Shown one piece after another: positions 24,661 through 43,117 of a stretch of 64,000 bases of DNA; position 1 is the first letter of the stretch; each line of letters begins with the position of its first letter. Under the pieces are notes generated by a model, which worked only from the letters and a program-made list of their open reading frames with translations, had not been told where the DNA came from and did not search any database. The DNA comes from the human T2T-CHM13v2.0 reference genome, Homo sapiens. Where the stretch lies: NCBI RefSeq assembly GCF_009914755.1, contig NC_060943.1; one strand, written 5' to 3'. The translations under genes and the position numbers were made by a program.

Positions 24661-25149
24661 AAGAAAGAAAAGAAAATGTGTGAAGATCAGGCTAGAGCTA
24701 GAGACAGAATTGTTTGGTGGCGTCACCTGGATAAAGGGTTCATGAAGTTGACAGTTTACTTAGGTCAGAAACAAAACCTGGTGAGAGTTTCCTGCTGGTG
24801 AAAATGAAGATCTGAAAGGAGGAAGCATTTTCACAAGGGGATGGGGGTGTGTGAGCAAGGCTTGGCCACGCCTCATCCCCAATTCCGGCCCGCTCGAGGA
24901 CATATGCCTCTCCTCCTGGTGCAGTCGTGCCTGGCCTGGTCTCGGTTCCCCTGCTGCTCTGAGGCCAGCAGTTGGCTCCTATGGACACTGAGTCTGAAAT
25001 TCCCTGCACACTCCTGTGACCCCGTGCAGAACGAAGGAGCGGGGACTGTCCCTTGAGTGAGGATGACGCTAGTGTTCTCTTCTATCAATAGCAAGTTTGG
25101 CTGAAATGCAAATATCCAATAACCAGAGTGCAGAAAGCAGCTCGCCCTT

Positions 25150-25860
25150 AGAGAAGCTGTGGCTAGAATCCGTCAGTCTGGCTCTGCGGGGCCTGATACC
25201 CAGGGCTTCAGCTGTCACTCAGATGTGGGGGGCGGGACCTAGTATTTCATCCAATCAGAGGTGCTGGGGCGTGGCACTGCCCACAGTTCATCCGGAAATG
25301 GAGGGGGTCGCTTTCCTCACCTTCCTCGCTGCGCGGGCGGCGGTTGGTAACCGGTCAGACCAGCCCGAGAGGGACCTGGTGCCTGTACCCAGGCTTCTGT
25401 CGCTCTGTCGCCTGCGCTATGCCCTGCTGTAGTCACAGGAGCTGTAGAGAGGACCCCGGTACATCTGAAAGCCGGGAAATGGTGCGTGTGCGGGACCAGA
25501 TGTCGTGAGACGGGGGAGGGGCTGCCTGGAACAGGCGGGAACCGGCTGTGGCGGGACCCGGGCCTCCCTGTGGGCGACTCCGGGGTCTGGGACCGAGTCC
25601 TCCTTGAGCAGTTCGGCCCTCGGTCCCCTTGGCCGCTGGACGGGGCTGGGCCAGCAGCCAGGACCCGGGCGTCCTGTCCCGTCCCTGCGCGGCGACTGCG
25701 GCCGCGGCCCCTGCCCCGGAGCCCTCTCTGGGCAGTTCCGCTCCCGCAGCCCCGCGTCTCCCCAGATTGTGCGGAAGCAACGGGAGGGTCATGGAGGCAT
25801 CCTGACTCGGGTGTGGGGTTCGTGCGTGGGAGGAGCAGTGGTCTGTGGGGCCCCCAGTCC
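25150..25860 (+). promoter_or_regulatory. CpG-island promoter of ZNF700
   Basis: High CpG density; GC box GGGGCGGGAC 25229-25238, CCAAT 25251-25255, GGGGCGTGGC about 25266, ETS-like CCGGAA about 25292; overlaps coding exon 1. Confidence 0.85.
25419..25481 (+). CDS. ZNF700: Coding exon 1 (MPCCSHRSCREDPGTSESREM)
   Basis: ATG at 25419, 63 nt, then gtgcgt donor; phase 0 joins the KRAB-A exon. Confidence 0.88.
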
Positions 25861-25869
25861 CCACTTTCT

Positions 25870-28140
<2,271 letters not shown>

Positions 28141-28658
28141 TAGGCAAAAGGCAAATAAATGTAACAGGATTATGTTTTCCATAGAAGGCTGATGTATGAG
28201 ATACAACAATTTTTTTTTTTTTTGAGACAGTATCTTGCTCTGTGACCCAGCCTAGAGCAGTGGTGCGATGATGGCTTACTGCAGCCTTGACCTCCCCAGC
28301 TCAAGCACCTCCGCCTCTCAAGTAGCTAAGACTACAATTGCCCACCAGCACACCTGGCTAATTTTTTATTTTTTACAGAGGTTAGGTCTCGTTATGTTGC
28401 CCAGGCTGGTCTCTGGCTCCTGGCCTCAAACAGTCCTGCTTCCTTGGCCTCCAAAAGTGCTGGGATTACAGATACAGATATCAGCCACTGCACCTGGCTA
28501 ACAACTTAATTCGTAATGGTTTACTTTTTTCCCCCAGAGCTTGTTTTCTTTTCTTTCTAGCTGGTTTTTATTTCCTTTTCAATTTAAGAGTGAATTTAAC
28601 ATTCCATCTGAAGACAATCTGATAGCCATGAAATCTTTGTGTGAGAAAGTAGTCTCTG

Positions 28659-29133
<475 letters not shown>

Positions 29134-30989
29134 TCATATTAATATAAGTTAAAAAAAATAGTGGAGAGGGAAAGGGTCTTTCCTGTTTCCCTTCAGTCAT
29201 TTACAACATTTTACAAAACGCTATAGGTAGGAAAGAAGGCGAATCTGTAATCAGGGAATGGAGGATTCCAGCTAGCTATGTGAAAGCTGTGTGTCAGGTC
29301 ACTCAACCCCATGATCACATTGCTTCAAGATAATTTAAAGATCTACCAGCTTAAATTTTTGAATTACTTTGTTGTTTTTGTTGTTTGTTTTGAGATAGGG
29401 TCTCACTCTGTCACCCAGGCTGGAGTGCAGGCGCGATCTCAGCTCACTGCAGCCTCCGCCTCCTGGGTTCAAGTAATTCTCCTGCCTCAGCCTCCCAAGT
29501 AGTTGGGATTACAGACATGTGCCACCACACTCAGCTGATTTTTGTATTTTTAGTAAAGACAGGGTTTTACCACACTGGCCAGGCTAGTCTCAACTCCTGT
29601 CCTCAAGTGATCCACCCACCTTGGCCTCCCAGAATGGTGGGATTACGGGTGTGAACCACTGCGCCCGGCCTGACTCATTTGTTCAAACAGCCTATGTAGG
29701 TAGAAAATTTCTAGGTATGTAATTCCAAGGTAATAGGTAAATTGTGCCTGATTAAGCATGAATTTTATTTCCCTATACATTAGTAATTTCTGAGAGTTGT
29801 ATTTAAATTCGATTTCAGGGTCCTTAGGTAGGACCTTAGGACACTACACACAGTTCAGTCTCATTGCTTGTTATTTAAATTTTTCCACACTTTCCAGGGC
29901 AACTGGTTCCCCCTTATATTTTCCAAATATATGGGATGCCGGATCTCAAATCCTCCACCCTCATACCACAGCCTAACTCTTCAAGGGCTTGCAGTGAAAT
30001 CTGTTTCTGAACATTTCACATGAGAGGAAAGCAGAGAATAACCACTAGACATTTGCCTGAAAAATCCTTTCTGCCTCTCCTCCTTTTATCTTTCCTAGAC
30101 ACAGACACCTTATCAGGATGTCTTTGGGATGAGGTTCCTTTATGGAAACTTTGCAGGGTGATATGTCTTCAGTACACCCTCCTATCTTTTCCAGATTTTG
30201 AGTTTTAGAACTGCCTGTAGCTGACCCAAGACCCCCACAATTGCCATGTCTCTTGGAGGGTCTAGTGGGTATCTGTGCCTAGGGGAGTGGGGCCTCCCAA
30301 GGGAGCAGCTGAATGACTAGTGGTGGAGGAGATGCCTGGTATACTTTTCATCTAGATACCCAGTTCGTGGGTGCTCACCTTCTCTCTCCTAACTTCAGTT
30401 TCCATTAATTGGAGACACATGGCCAATCAGCTAATTGGATGTTGCTATTGAGGAAAAACAGAAATGATTCCTGTCCTTTGGATTGTCTCAACTGTGAAGA
30501 GAGAAATATCCCAAAAGACAAGGAAAGGCCACCCCAACAAGGTTGTATTTAGCTGTCCTACAGGGAGGTGGTCACCAGAATGCAGTTGTGGAACAAATAT
30601 ATGTGAGTTGACCACATGGAGGAACTGGGAGGAGGTGTAGAACTGGAAACTCTGTTGAGTTTGAGTAAAGTTTACTTCTGTTATGAGAATGTTAAATCTA
30701 TAATCAAAATGCATGCTAAGGTAACATATCAATATAAGAACTCACTATAACCGGCAACTCTAGAATTAATTAAATTATTGTATATGGAGATGACAGGTAG
30801 TGGATTGATTATTCTCCTGTAGATAACCATTTGTCCCTGCTTTTTCTGTTAAGTGTTCACCACTTGTATCATTGGCTGACAATACCTGGTTTGTCATAGT
30901 TTCACATTACCTTAAATAGATGCCCAGACTGGGTGTGGTGGCTCACGCCTGTAATACCAGCACTTTGGGAGGCTGAGACTGGCATATCA

Positions 30990-31205
<216 letters not shown>

Positions 31206-31351
31206 TCAAAAAAAAAAAAAACAACATAGATGCCCTCGTTTCACAATTTGCTGTTTTCCATTGGTCTATCTTTCCATCTGTCTGTTAATACCACTTTCTC
31301 TTAATTAGTATAGAGTACAAAGCTGCAGTGTGTAGTAGGGATAGTGCCTCT

Positions 31352-31725
31352 CTATCTTAGTCATCTTGGGCTGCTATATCAAATTACCATAGACTGGGTG
31401 ACTTAAAGAATAAACATTTATTTCTGGCAGTTCTTGAGGTCATGAAGTCCATCTTCAGAGAGCTGGCAGATCTAGTGTCCAGCAAGGGCCCGCTTCCTGG
31501 TTTGCAAATGATCGTCTTCTTGTGGTTTCTTCACATGACAGAGGAGAGGAAGCCGGCTCTCCTGTGTCTTCTTATAAGAGCACTAATCTCATTCAGAAAG
31601 GATTTACTCCTATGCTCTCATCTAATCCTAATTACTTCCCAGAGATGTCACCTTCTAATACTATATTGGGAGTAGGTTATTAATGTATGATTTTTTTGGA
31701 TTGATGCAAATATTCATGCCATAAC
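31352..31725 (-). mobile_element. MaLR LTR (MLT1A-like)
   Basis: cttagtc..gggctgctata..accatagactgggtgactta..catttatttc..ccataaca pattern. Confidence 0.7.
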
Positions 31726-32749
31726 ACCTCCCAACAATATTCTATAGAGGATCTTGTCTATTTTTAGTCATTGTCTTCTATTTCAGTCTTTAGAAGTACC
31801 TTTTTCTTAATTTTAGTGAGGGAAACAAACTGCACTGTAAATTTCATAAAATATAACTGTAGGCATATTTCAGAGAGGTTACATCATAGTGATACTTAAT
31901 CTCCTTTTAAGGACACATGGCATTTTTCCATTTATTGCATTTTATACTGATGTTTTTCAGTATAAACTTTTTGCATAATAATCATTTTTTATCCTTCTTG
32001 AGACTTTTTTGGACTTCAAGAAAATTAGTTTTAAAATTAGTGGCCAGGCACGGTGGCTCGCGCCTATAATCCCAACACTTTAGGAGGTCAATGCATGCAG
32101 ATAGCCTGAGTTCAGGAGTTCAAGATCACCCTGACGAGCATGGAGAAACCCCATCTCTACTAAAAACACAAAATTAGCCAGGCGTGGTGGCAGAGGCCTG
32201 TAATCTCAGCTACTCAGGAGGCTGAGGCAGGAGAATCGCTTGAACCTGGGAGGTGGAGGTTGCAGTGAGCCAAGATCCCAAGATCGTGCCATTGCACTTC
32301 AGCCCAGGCAGCAAGAGTGAAACTTTGTCTCAAAAAAAAAAAAAGAAAGAAAATAAATTAGTCCAGCCTGGGCAACATGGCAAACCTTGTCTATACAAAA
32401 ACTTACCTGGTCATGGTGATGTGCGCCTGTAGACCCAGCTACTCAGGAGACTGAGGTGGAAGGATCTGTTGAGCCTAGGAGTTCAAGGCTGCAGTGAGCT
32501 ATGATTGCACCACTACACTCCAGCCTGGGTAACAGAACGAGACCCTGTTTCAAGAAAAAAGAAAAGACACAAAAAAATTAGTTTCAATATGCTATGCTGT
32601 TGTTGCTGATAATTAAAATTCACTGAGATTTATTTCTGTATAGAGTGTGCATTCTAGAAACTAACTAAAAGTATTACATATGCACAAAATACATAAAAGA
32701 GTTGCACAATGAATCCAAATATTGATGGAGTCAGTACTGTGAACGATAA

Positions 32750-33050
<301 letters not shown>

Positions 33051-34672
33051 TAGCCAGGATGGTCTCAATATCCTGACCTCGTGATCCGCCTGCCTCAGCC
33101 TCCCAAAGTGCTGGGATTACAGGCGTGAGCCACTGCACCCGGCCAATATGTGATATTTTATATTGGATTTTATTTAAACTCAGTTATGAACCTTACATGG
33201 AATGATAGTTAATTCACTTTCTTATTTAGTTGATTTTATTATTTAGAACAGTGGTTGTTTACCCAAAACATTGAGCAGATAATCCAGAGTTCCCTCATTT
33301 TTCTTCCAAGCTCATAGTTCCCCCTATTTTAAACATCTTGACTGGCCAGGTGCTGTGCCTCATACCTGTAATTCTACCACTTAGAGAGGCTGAAATGGGA
33401 GGATAGCTTGGACTCAGGAGTTGGAGGCCAGCCTAGGCAACATAGCAAGGCCCTGTTTCAAAAAAAAAAAAAATGTTTTAAACCAAGGAAACCATATTGA
33501 CTGTGTGTAGTGTATCCTATAATTGATGCAAGAATATATTACATGTGAACACGATGAAAATTGAAGAAGCCAATATTATTATTACCTAAAGTCCATCTTT
33601 TACATGAAACTTCACTCTTTTTGGGCTGTGGTTTAAGACAACTACGTGTGTCATGTATCCACCATCACAGTCTTATACAGAAGCGTGTCACAGGCCTCAA
33701 AATCCCCTGTGCTCTTCCTAATCATAGCTCTCCCCTCCCTCTTCTGCCACCCCTATTTATCCCTGGCAACAAATGATAATGTTCCTGCCTCGGTTTTGCA
33801 TTTTCCAGAATATTAAATATTTGGAATGATGCTGTAAGTGGCCATTTCAGACTTGCTTCCTCGATGTAAAAATATGCATTGAAGGTCTCTCGATACCTTT
33901 GTTGCTTGACAACTCATGTATTTTTTATTTTTATTTATTTATCTAAAAAAAATTTTGTTTTTGAATGGTGTGAACCCAGGAGGCGGAGCTTGCAGTGAGC
34001 TGAGATGGCGCCACTGCACTCTAGCCTGGGTGACGGAGCAAGACTCCATCTCAGAAAAAAAAAAAAAAAAAATTTGTTTTTGTTTTGTTAGAGACAGGGT
34101 CTCAAACACCCCAGCTCAGGTGATCCTCCCACCTCAGCTTCCCAAAGTGCTGGGATTCCACTTGTGAGCCATCATGTCCGGCCACTCATTTTCTTTCATC
34201 ACTGAGTAACATTACGTTGGATGGGTGTTACCATAGTTTCTTTATTCACCTACTGAAAGGCTCATCTTGAGCCTGGTGTGATGCCTCATCCCTAAATTCC
34301 CAGCTACATGGGAGACAGAGGTGAGACGATTGCTTGAGGCCAGGAGTTAGAGAACAGCCTGGTAGATACAGTGTGAGACCTCATCTATTTTTTTTTAAAA
34401 AAAGACTCACCTTGTTTGAGTCTAGTTTTTGGCAGTTATGAGTAAGGCTGCTAAAAACGTCTGTGGGAGGACTTTTGTGTGGACATCAGTTTTCAGTTCA
34501 TTTGGGTCAATATTGTAGGATTGAGACTACTGAATCAGTAGGACCATGCTTATTTTCTTCAGACCTCCGCAGACTGTCTTCCGAATTGGCTGTAGAATTT
34601 TCCATTCACATCGATAGTGAATGAGTGTTCATTGTCATTGGCATTAGGAAGTGTCAGTGTTTTGGATTTTAG

Positions 34673-34894
<222 letters not shown>

Positions 34895-35239
34895 TGACCA
34901 ATTTTTGTATTATTAGTAGAGATGAGGTTTTACCATGTTGGCCAGGCAGGTCTCAAACTCCTGACCTCAGGTCATCCACCTGCCTCGGCTTCCCAATGTG
35001 CTGGATTACAGGCGTGAGCCACTGCGCCCGGCCTGTTTTCATTTCGCTCTTTAATGACACGTGATGTAGAGCATCCTGTCATATGTTTGCCATAATTACA
35101 GTCTTTGGTCGGGTGCGGTGGCTCACGCCTGTAATCCCAGCACTTTGGGAGGCCAAGGCGGGTGGATCAGGAGGTCAGATCAAGACCATCCTGGCTAACA
35201 CTGTGAAACCCCGTCTCTACTAAAAATAGAAAAAATTAG

Positions 35240-35668
<429 letters not shown>

Positions 35669-35911
35669 TGACCTCGATGATCCACCCACCTCAGCCTCCC
35701 AAAGTGCCGGGATTATAGGCATGAGCCACTGTGCCTGGCTTTTTGCTTCTTTTTTGATTGGTTGTTTTTTTTCTTATAGAATTTTAGGACTTCTTCATAC
35801 CTTTTGGATACCAGTCCATCACCAGATAGGCGTTCTGCAATTATTTTGTCCCAGTCTGTCACCTTTTTATTCTGTTAACAAAGTCATTTCCAAAACAGAC
35901 AGTTTTACTTT

Positions 35912-37278
35912 GTTTGTTTTGTTTTTAAATTATACTTTAAGTTCTAGGGTACATGTGCACAACGTGCAGGTTTGATACATAGGTATAACATGTGCCGTGT
36001 TGGTTTGTTGCACCCATCAACTTGTCATTTACATTCGGTATTTCTCCTAAGGCTATCCTCCTCCCAGCCCTCCAGCCCCTGACAGGCCCCGGTGTGTGAT
36101 GTTCCCTGCCCTGTGTCCGAGTGGTCTCATTGTTCAGTTCCCACCTATGAGTGAGAATATGCAGTGTTTGGTTTTCTGTTCTTGTGATAGTCTGCTGAGT
36201 ATGATGATTTCCAGTTTCATCCATGTCCCTGCAAAGGACATGAACTCATCCTTTTTTATGGCTGCGTAGTATTCCATGGTGTATATATGCCACATTTTCT
36301 TAATCCAGTCTATCATTGGTGGACATTTGGGTTGGTTCCAAGTCTTTGCTATTGTGAATAGTGAATATTGCTTTATAGTAGCATAATTTATAATCCTTAG
36401 GGTATATACCCAGTAGTGGGATTGCTGGGTCAAATGGTATTTCTAGTTCTAGATCCTTGAGGAATCGCCACACTGTCTTCCACAATGGTTGAACTAGTTT
36501 ACAGTCCCACCAACAGTGTAAAAGTGTTCCTATTTCTCCACATCCTCTCCAGCACCTGTTGTTTCCTGACTTTTTAATGATTGCCATTCTAACTGGCGTG
36601 AGATGGTATCTCATTGTGGTTTTGATTTGCATTTCTCTGATGACCAGTGTTGATGAGCATTTTTTCATGTGTCTGTTGGCTGCATAAATGTCTTCTTTTG
36701 AGAAATGTCTGTTCATGTCCTTTGCCCACTTTTTGATGGGGTTGTTTGTTTTTTTCTTGTAAGTTTGTTTGAGTTCCTTGTAGATTCTGGATATTAGTCG
36801 TTTGTTGGATGGGTAGATTGCAAAAATTTTCTCTCATTCTATAGGTTGCCTGTTCACTTTGATGGTAGTTTCTTTTGCTGTGCAGAAGCTCTTTAGTTTA
36901 ATTAGATCCCATTTGTCAATTTTGGCTTCTGTTGCCATTGCTTTTGGTGTTTTAGTCATGAAGTCCTTGCCCATGCCTATGTCCTGAATGGTATTGCCTA
37001 GGTTTTCTTCTAGGGTTTTTATGGTTTTAGGTCTAACGTTTAAGTCTTAATCCATCTTGAATTAATTTTTGTGTAAGGTGTAAGGAAGGGATCCAGTTTC
37101 AGCTTTCTACATATGGCTAGCCAGTTCTCCCAGCACCATTTATTAAATAGGGAATCGTTTCCCCATTTGTTGTTTTTGTCAGGTTCGTCAAAGATCAGAT
37201 GGTTGTATATGTGTGGTGTTATTTCTGAGGCCTCTGTTATGTTCCATTGGTCTATATATCTGTTTTGGTCCCAGTACT
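35912..37278 (-). mobile_element. 5'-truncated L1PA (L1PA7-like 3' end)
   Basis: ORF2 C-terminus and 3'UTR on the minus strand; TSD gacagttttacttt at 35898-35911 and 37279-37292; absent from the paralog near 1020. Confidence 0.93.
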
Positions 37279-37653
37279 GACAGTTTTACTTTGAAGTCCA
37301 ATTTATCGATTTTCTCATTCACAGATCATGCTTTTTGTGTTGTGTGTGAAACCTTATTGCCAAATCCAAGGTTGTCATGGTTTTCACAAGTGTTACGTTC
37401 TAGAAGTTGTGAGTTTTGCATTTTCCATTTAAGTAAATGATTCATTAGGAGGTAGTTTTGTAAAAGGTGAAGTTCTGTATCTAATTCATTTCTTTGCATT
37501 TGCTAATCCAGGTGTTTCAGTACCATTTGTTGTATGCCACCATGTCTAATTATTTATTTATTTTATTACAGAGACGGGGTCTCCCTATGTTGCCCAGGCT
37601 GGTCTCGAACTGCTGGGCTCAAATGACCTGTCTGCCTTGGCCTCTGGTTTTGA

Positions 37654-37902
<249 letters not shown>

Positions 37903-38092
37903 TAGCCAGGATGGTCTCGATCTCCTGACCTCATGATCTGCCTGCCTCAGCCTCCCAAGGTGCTGGGATTACAAGTGTGAGCCACCGCACCTGGCCTATA
38001 GATTTTTCTACGTTCCTTGTGCCTCTCTGTCATCTTATGGAATCTTCTCTTGTATAGTTCATTGAGTGTTTTTAATCATGAGGAGATATTAA

Positions 38093-39832
<1,740 letters not shown>

Positions 39833-40149
39833 CTAATTTTTGTATTTTTAGTAGAGATGGAGTTCCACCACGTTGGCCAGGCAGGTCTCAAACTGCTGAC
39901 CTCCATAATTGCACCTGCCTTGGCCTCCTAAAGTACTGGAATTATAGGCATGAGTCACCACACCTGGCTGCTACCATGATTTATTATCATTACTTATTGG
40001 AAAACAAAACTTAAAACTTACCAGCTTAAGGAATTTTACACGTACACTTGAGATAGTTTGACAAATCTACATAAGTTCTGTAAGATGAATTCTATTGTAT
40101 TTTGCTTATTGCAATTATCCTGAGGTTTCACGCATGTTGTAGTATGTAA

Positions 40150-40413
<264 letters not shown>

Positions 40414-40478
40414 TAGGCATGAGCCACAGTGCCCGGCCAAGATGTTATTTTCTAAGTATAAATAATATTTCAATGTAT

Positions 40479-42068
40479 TGTGTCCGGAATTGGTGGGTTC
40501 TTGGTGTCACTGACTTCAAAAATGAAGCCGTGGACCCTTGCGGTGAGTGTTACAGCTCTTAAGGTGGCGTGTCTGGAGTTTGTTCCTTCTGATGTTTGGA
40601 TGTGTTCAGAGTTTCTTCCTTCTGGTGGGTTTGTGGTCTCGCTGGCTCAGGAGTGAAGCTGCAGACCTTCGTGGTGAGTGTTAACAGCTCTTAAGGCAGC
40701 GCGTCTGGAGTTCTTCGTTCCTCCTGGTGGGCTCGTGATCTCGCTGGCTTCAGGAGTGAAGCTGCAGACCTTTGTGGTGAGTGTTACAGCTCATAAAAGC
40801 AGCGTGGACCCAAAGAGTGAGCACTAGCAAGATTTATTGCAAAGAGCAAAAGAACAAAGCTTCCACAGTGTGGAAGGGGACCCGAGTGGGTTGCCACTGC
40901 TGGCTCAGGCAGCCTGCTTTTATTCTCTTATCTGGCCCCACCCACATCCTGCTGATTGGTATAGCCGAGTGGTCTGTTTTGACAGGGCGCTGATTGGTGC
41001 GTTTACAATCCCTGAGCTAGACACAAAGGTTCTCCACGTCCCCCCCAGATTAGCTAGATACAGAGTGTTGACATAAAGGTTCTCCAAGGCCCCACCAGAA
41101 TAGCTAGGTACAGAGTGTCGATTGGTGCATTCACAAACCCTGAGCTAGACACAGGGTGCTGATTGGTGTATTTACAAACCTTGAGCTAGATACAGAGTGC
41201 CGATTGGTGTATTTACAATCCCTGAGCTAGACATAAAGGTTCTCCAAGGCCTCACCAGAGTAGCTAGATACAGAGTGTCGATTGGTGCATTCACAAACCC
41301 TGAGCTAGACACAGGGTGCTGATTGGTGTGTTTACAAACCTTAAGCTAGATACAGAGTGCCGATTGGTGCATTTACAATCCCTGGGCTAGACATAAAGTT
41401 TCTCCACGTCCCCACCAGACTCAGGAGCCCAGATGGCTTCACCCAGTGGATCCTGCACCAGGGCTGCAGGTGGAGCTGCCTGCCAGTCCCGCGCCATGCG
41501 CCCGCACTCCTCAGCCCTTGGGTGGTTGATGGGACTGGGTGCTGTGGAGCAGGGGGCGGCGCTCATCGGGGAGGCTCGGGCCGCACAGGAGCCCATGGAG
41601 GAGGTGGGAGACTCAGGCATGATGGGCTGCAGGTCCCGAGCCCTGCCCCGTGGGAAGGCAGCTAAGGCCGGGTGAGAAATCGAGCGCAGCACCGGTGGGC
41701 TGGCACTACTGGGGGACCCAGTACACCCTCTGCAGCCGCTGGCCCAGGTGCTAAGCCCCTCATTGCCCAGGGCCAGCAGGGTCGGCCGGCTGCTCCGAGT
41801 GCGGGGCCGCCAAGCCCACGCCCACCCAGAACTCCAGCTGGCCCGCAAGCGCCGCGCGCAGCCCCAGTTCCCGCTCGCGCCTCTCCCTCCACCCCTCCCT
41901 GCAAGCTGAGGGAGCCGGCTCCCGCCTTGGTCAGCCCAGAAAGGGGCTCCCACAGTGCAGCAGTGGGCTGAAGGGCTCCTCAAGTGCCGCCAAAGTGGGA
42001 GCCCAGGCAGGGGAGGCGCCAAGAGCGAGCGAGGGCTGTGAGGACTGCCAGCATGCTGTCACCTCTCA
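40479..42068 (-). mobile_element. Solo LTR12C (ERV9 LTR), about 1.59 kb, antisense in ZNF700 intron 1
   Basis: Ends tgtgtccggaattgg...gctgtcacctctca; 4-bp TSD GTAT; tandem ATTGG/GATA-containing repeats at about 40950-41400; CpG-rich U3. Confidence 0.95.
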
Positions 42069-42669
42069 GTATGTATATACTTACCACATTTTGTTTATCC
42101 ATTCAGCCGTCAGTGGATATGTGGGTGGCTGCATTGCTCATTACTGCCACCCCAGGAAGGTTGTATAGTGGTTGAATCTGTGCTTATTACACCCTGGTAT
42201 CTCTTAGGAGTTTCTCGTTTGGCCTCTTGTGCACTTAGGGTGCCAGGTTTTGCTTAGGAATGTCCCCTTTCCTTTGCCCTTCTTACCAGCATCTATCTAG
42301 CTGCATTCTGACAGGATAACTGCAAAGTGAATGATTCCTGGGCATCATAATGGATGTTTCTTTCTACTTAGGTGTTTCCCCTCCTCTCTGCTTATATCTA
42401 GCATGCCTGTTTTGGGTGGTCCCTGGGGGTGTGGGCTTTCCCCTGGACTTCCCCTCCTGCTCTTGGCTAGCTATCTGCCTTCTCTAACAATGTCATCAAA
42501 GATTACACTTTGGGAACAGGCATTTTCAAGGAAACACAGCCTCAGGACTGCTAATGTTAACTTTTTTCTGCCTATTAATTCATAGGACTCCGTTATGACA
42601 GGTGCTACAGACCCACAGTCCAAAGAGACATTAGGGACAGCCCAGGCAGCTCGTTTTTCTCCCTGGATT

Positions 42670-43117
42670 TGTAGCAGGACAAGCCGCAGACAAAACCTCT
42701 CAGACACTGGGTTAGAGAAGGAAGTGGCTTTATTCGGCCAGGAGCGTCAGCAGACTTGCGTCTTAAAAACCGAGCTCCCAGAGAGAGAGAAATTCCTGCC
42801 CCTTTTGAAGGCTTACACAGGGATCCACATGAAAGGATCGTGATCAATTAAACAAGGATGGAGTGTGTAATTGGGGCTGCATGCATCGGTAACAGGACAG
42901 AGCAGAACAGAAAGACTTTCACAGTGCTTTCTCATACAATGTCTGGAATCTATAGATAATACAAGTGGTTAGGTCAGGAGTTGATTTTTAACTACCAGGC
43001 CTGGGGTGTGGCACCGGGCTGTCTGACTATTGATCTCATTTCTGCCTTCCTTTAACTTTTGCTTCCTCTTTCTTGTTCTGAGGTATGAGACAATAAGAGA
43101 GGTGGTCTCCTTCCTTA
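42670..43117 (-). mobile_element. 3' LTR (LTR2-family) of HERV-E-type provirus
   Basis: Minus strand starts TAAGGAAGGAGACCACC after a polypurine tract (43118-43128) and ends gtcctgctaca; AATAAA present. Confidence 0.85.

Noticed and set aside
40950-41400. Regular short repeats resembling a CRISPR-like array
   Set aside because: No unique spacers; these are the known LTR12 enhancer tandem repeats in a eukaryotic genome
41357-42022. 211-aa and overlapping GC-rich ORFs
   Set aside because: They lie wholly within the GC-rich U3 of LTR12C, where stops are rare
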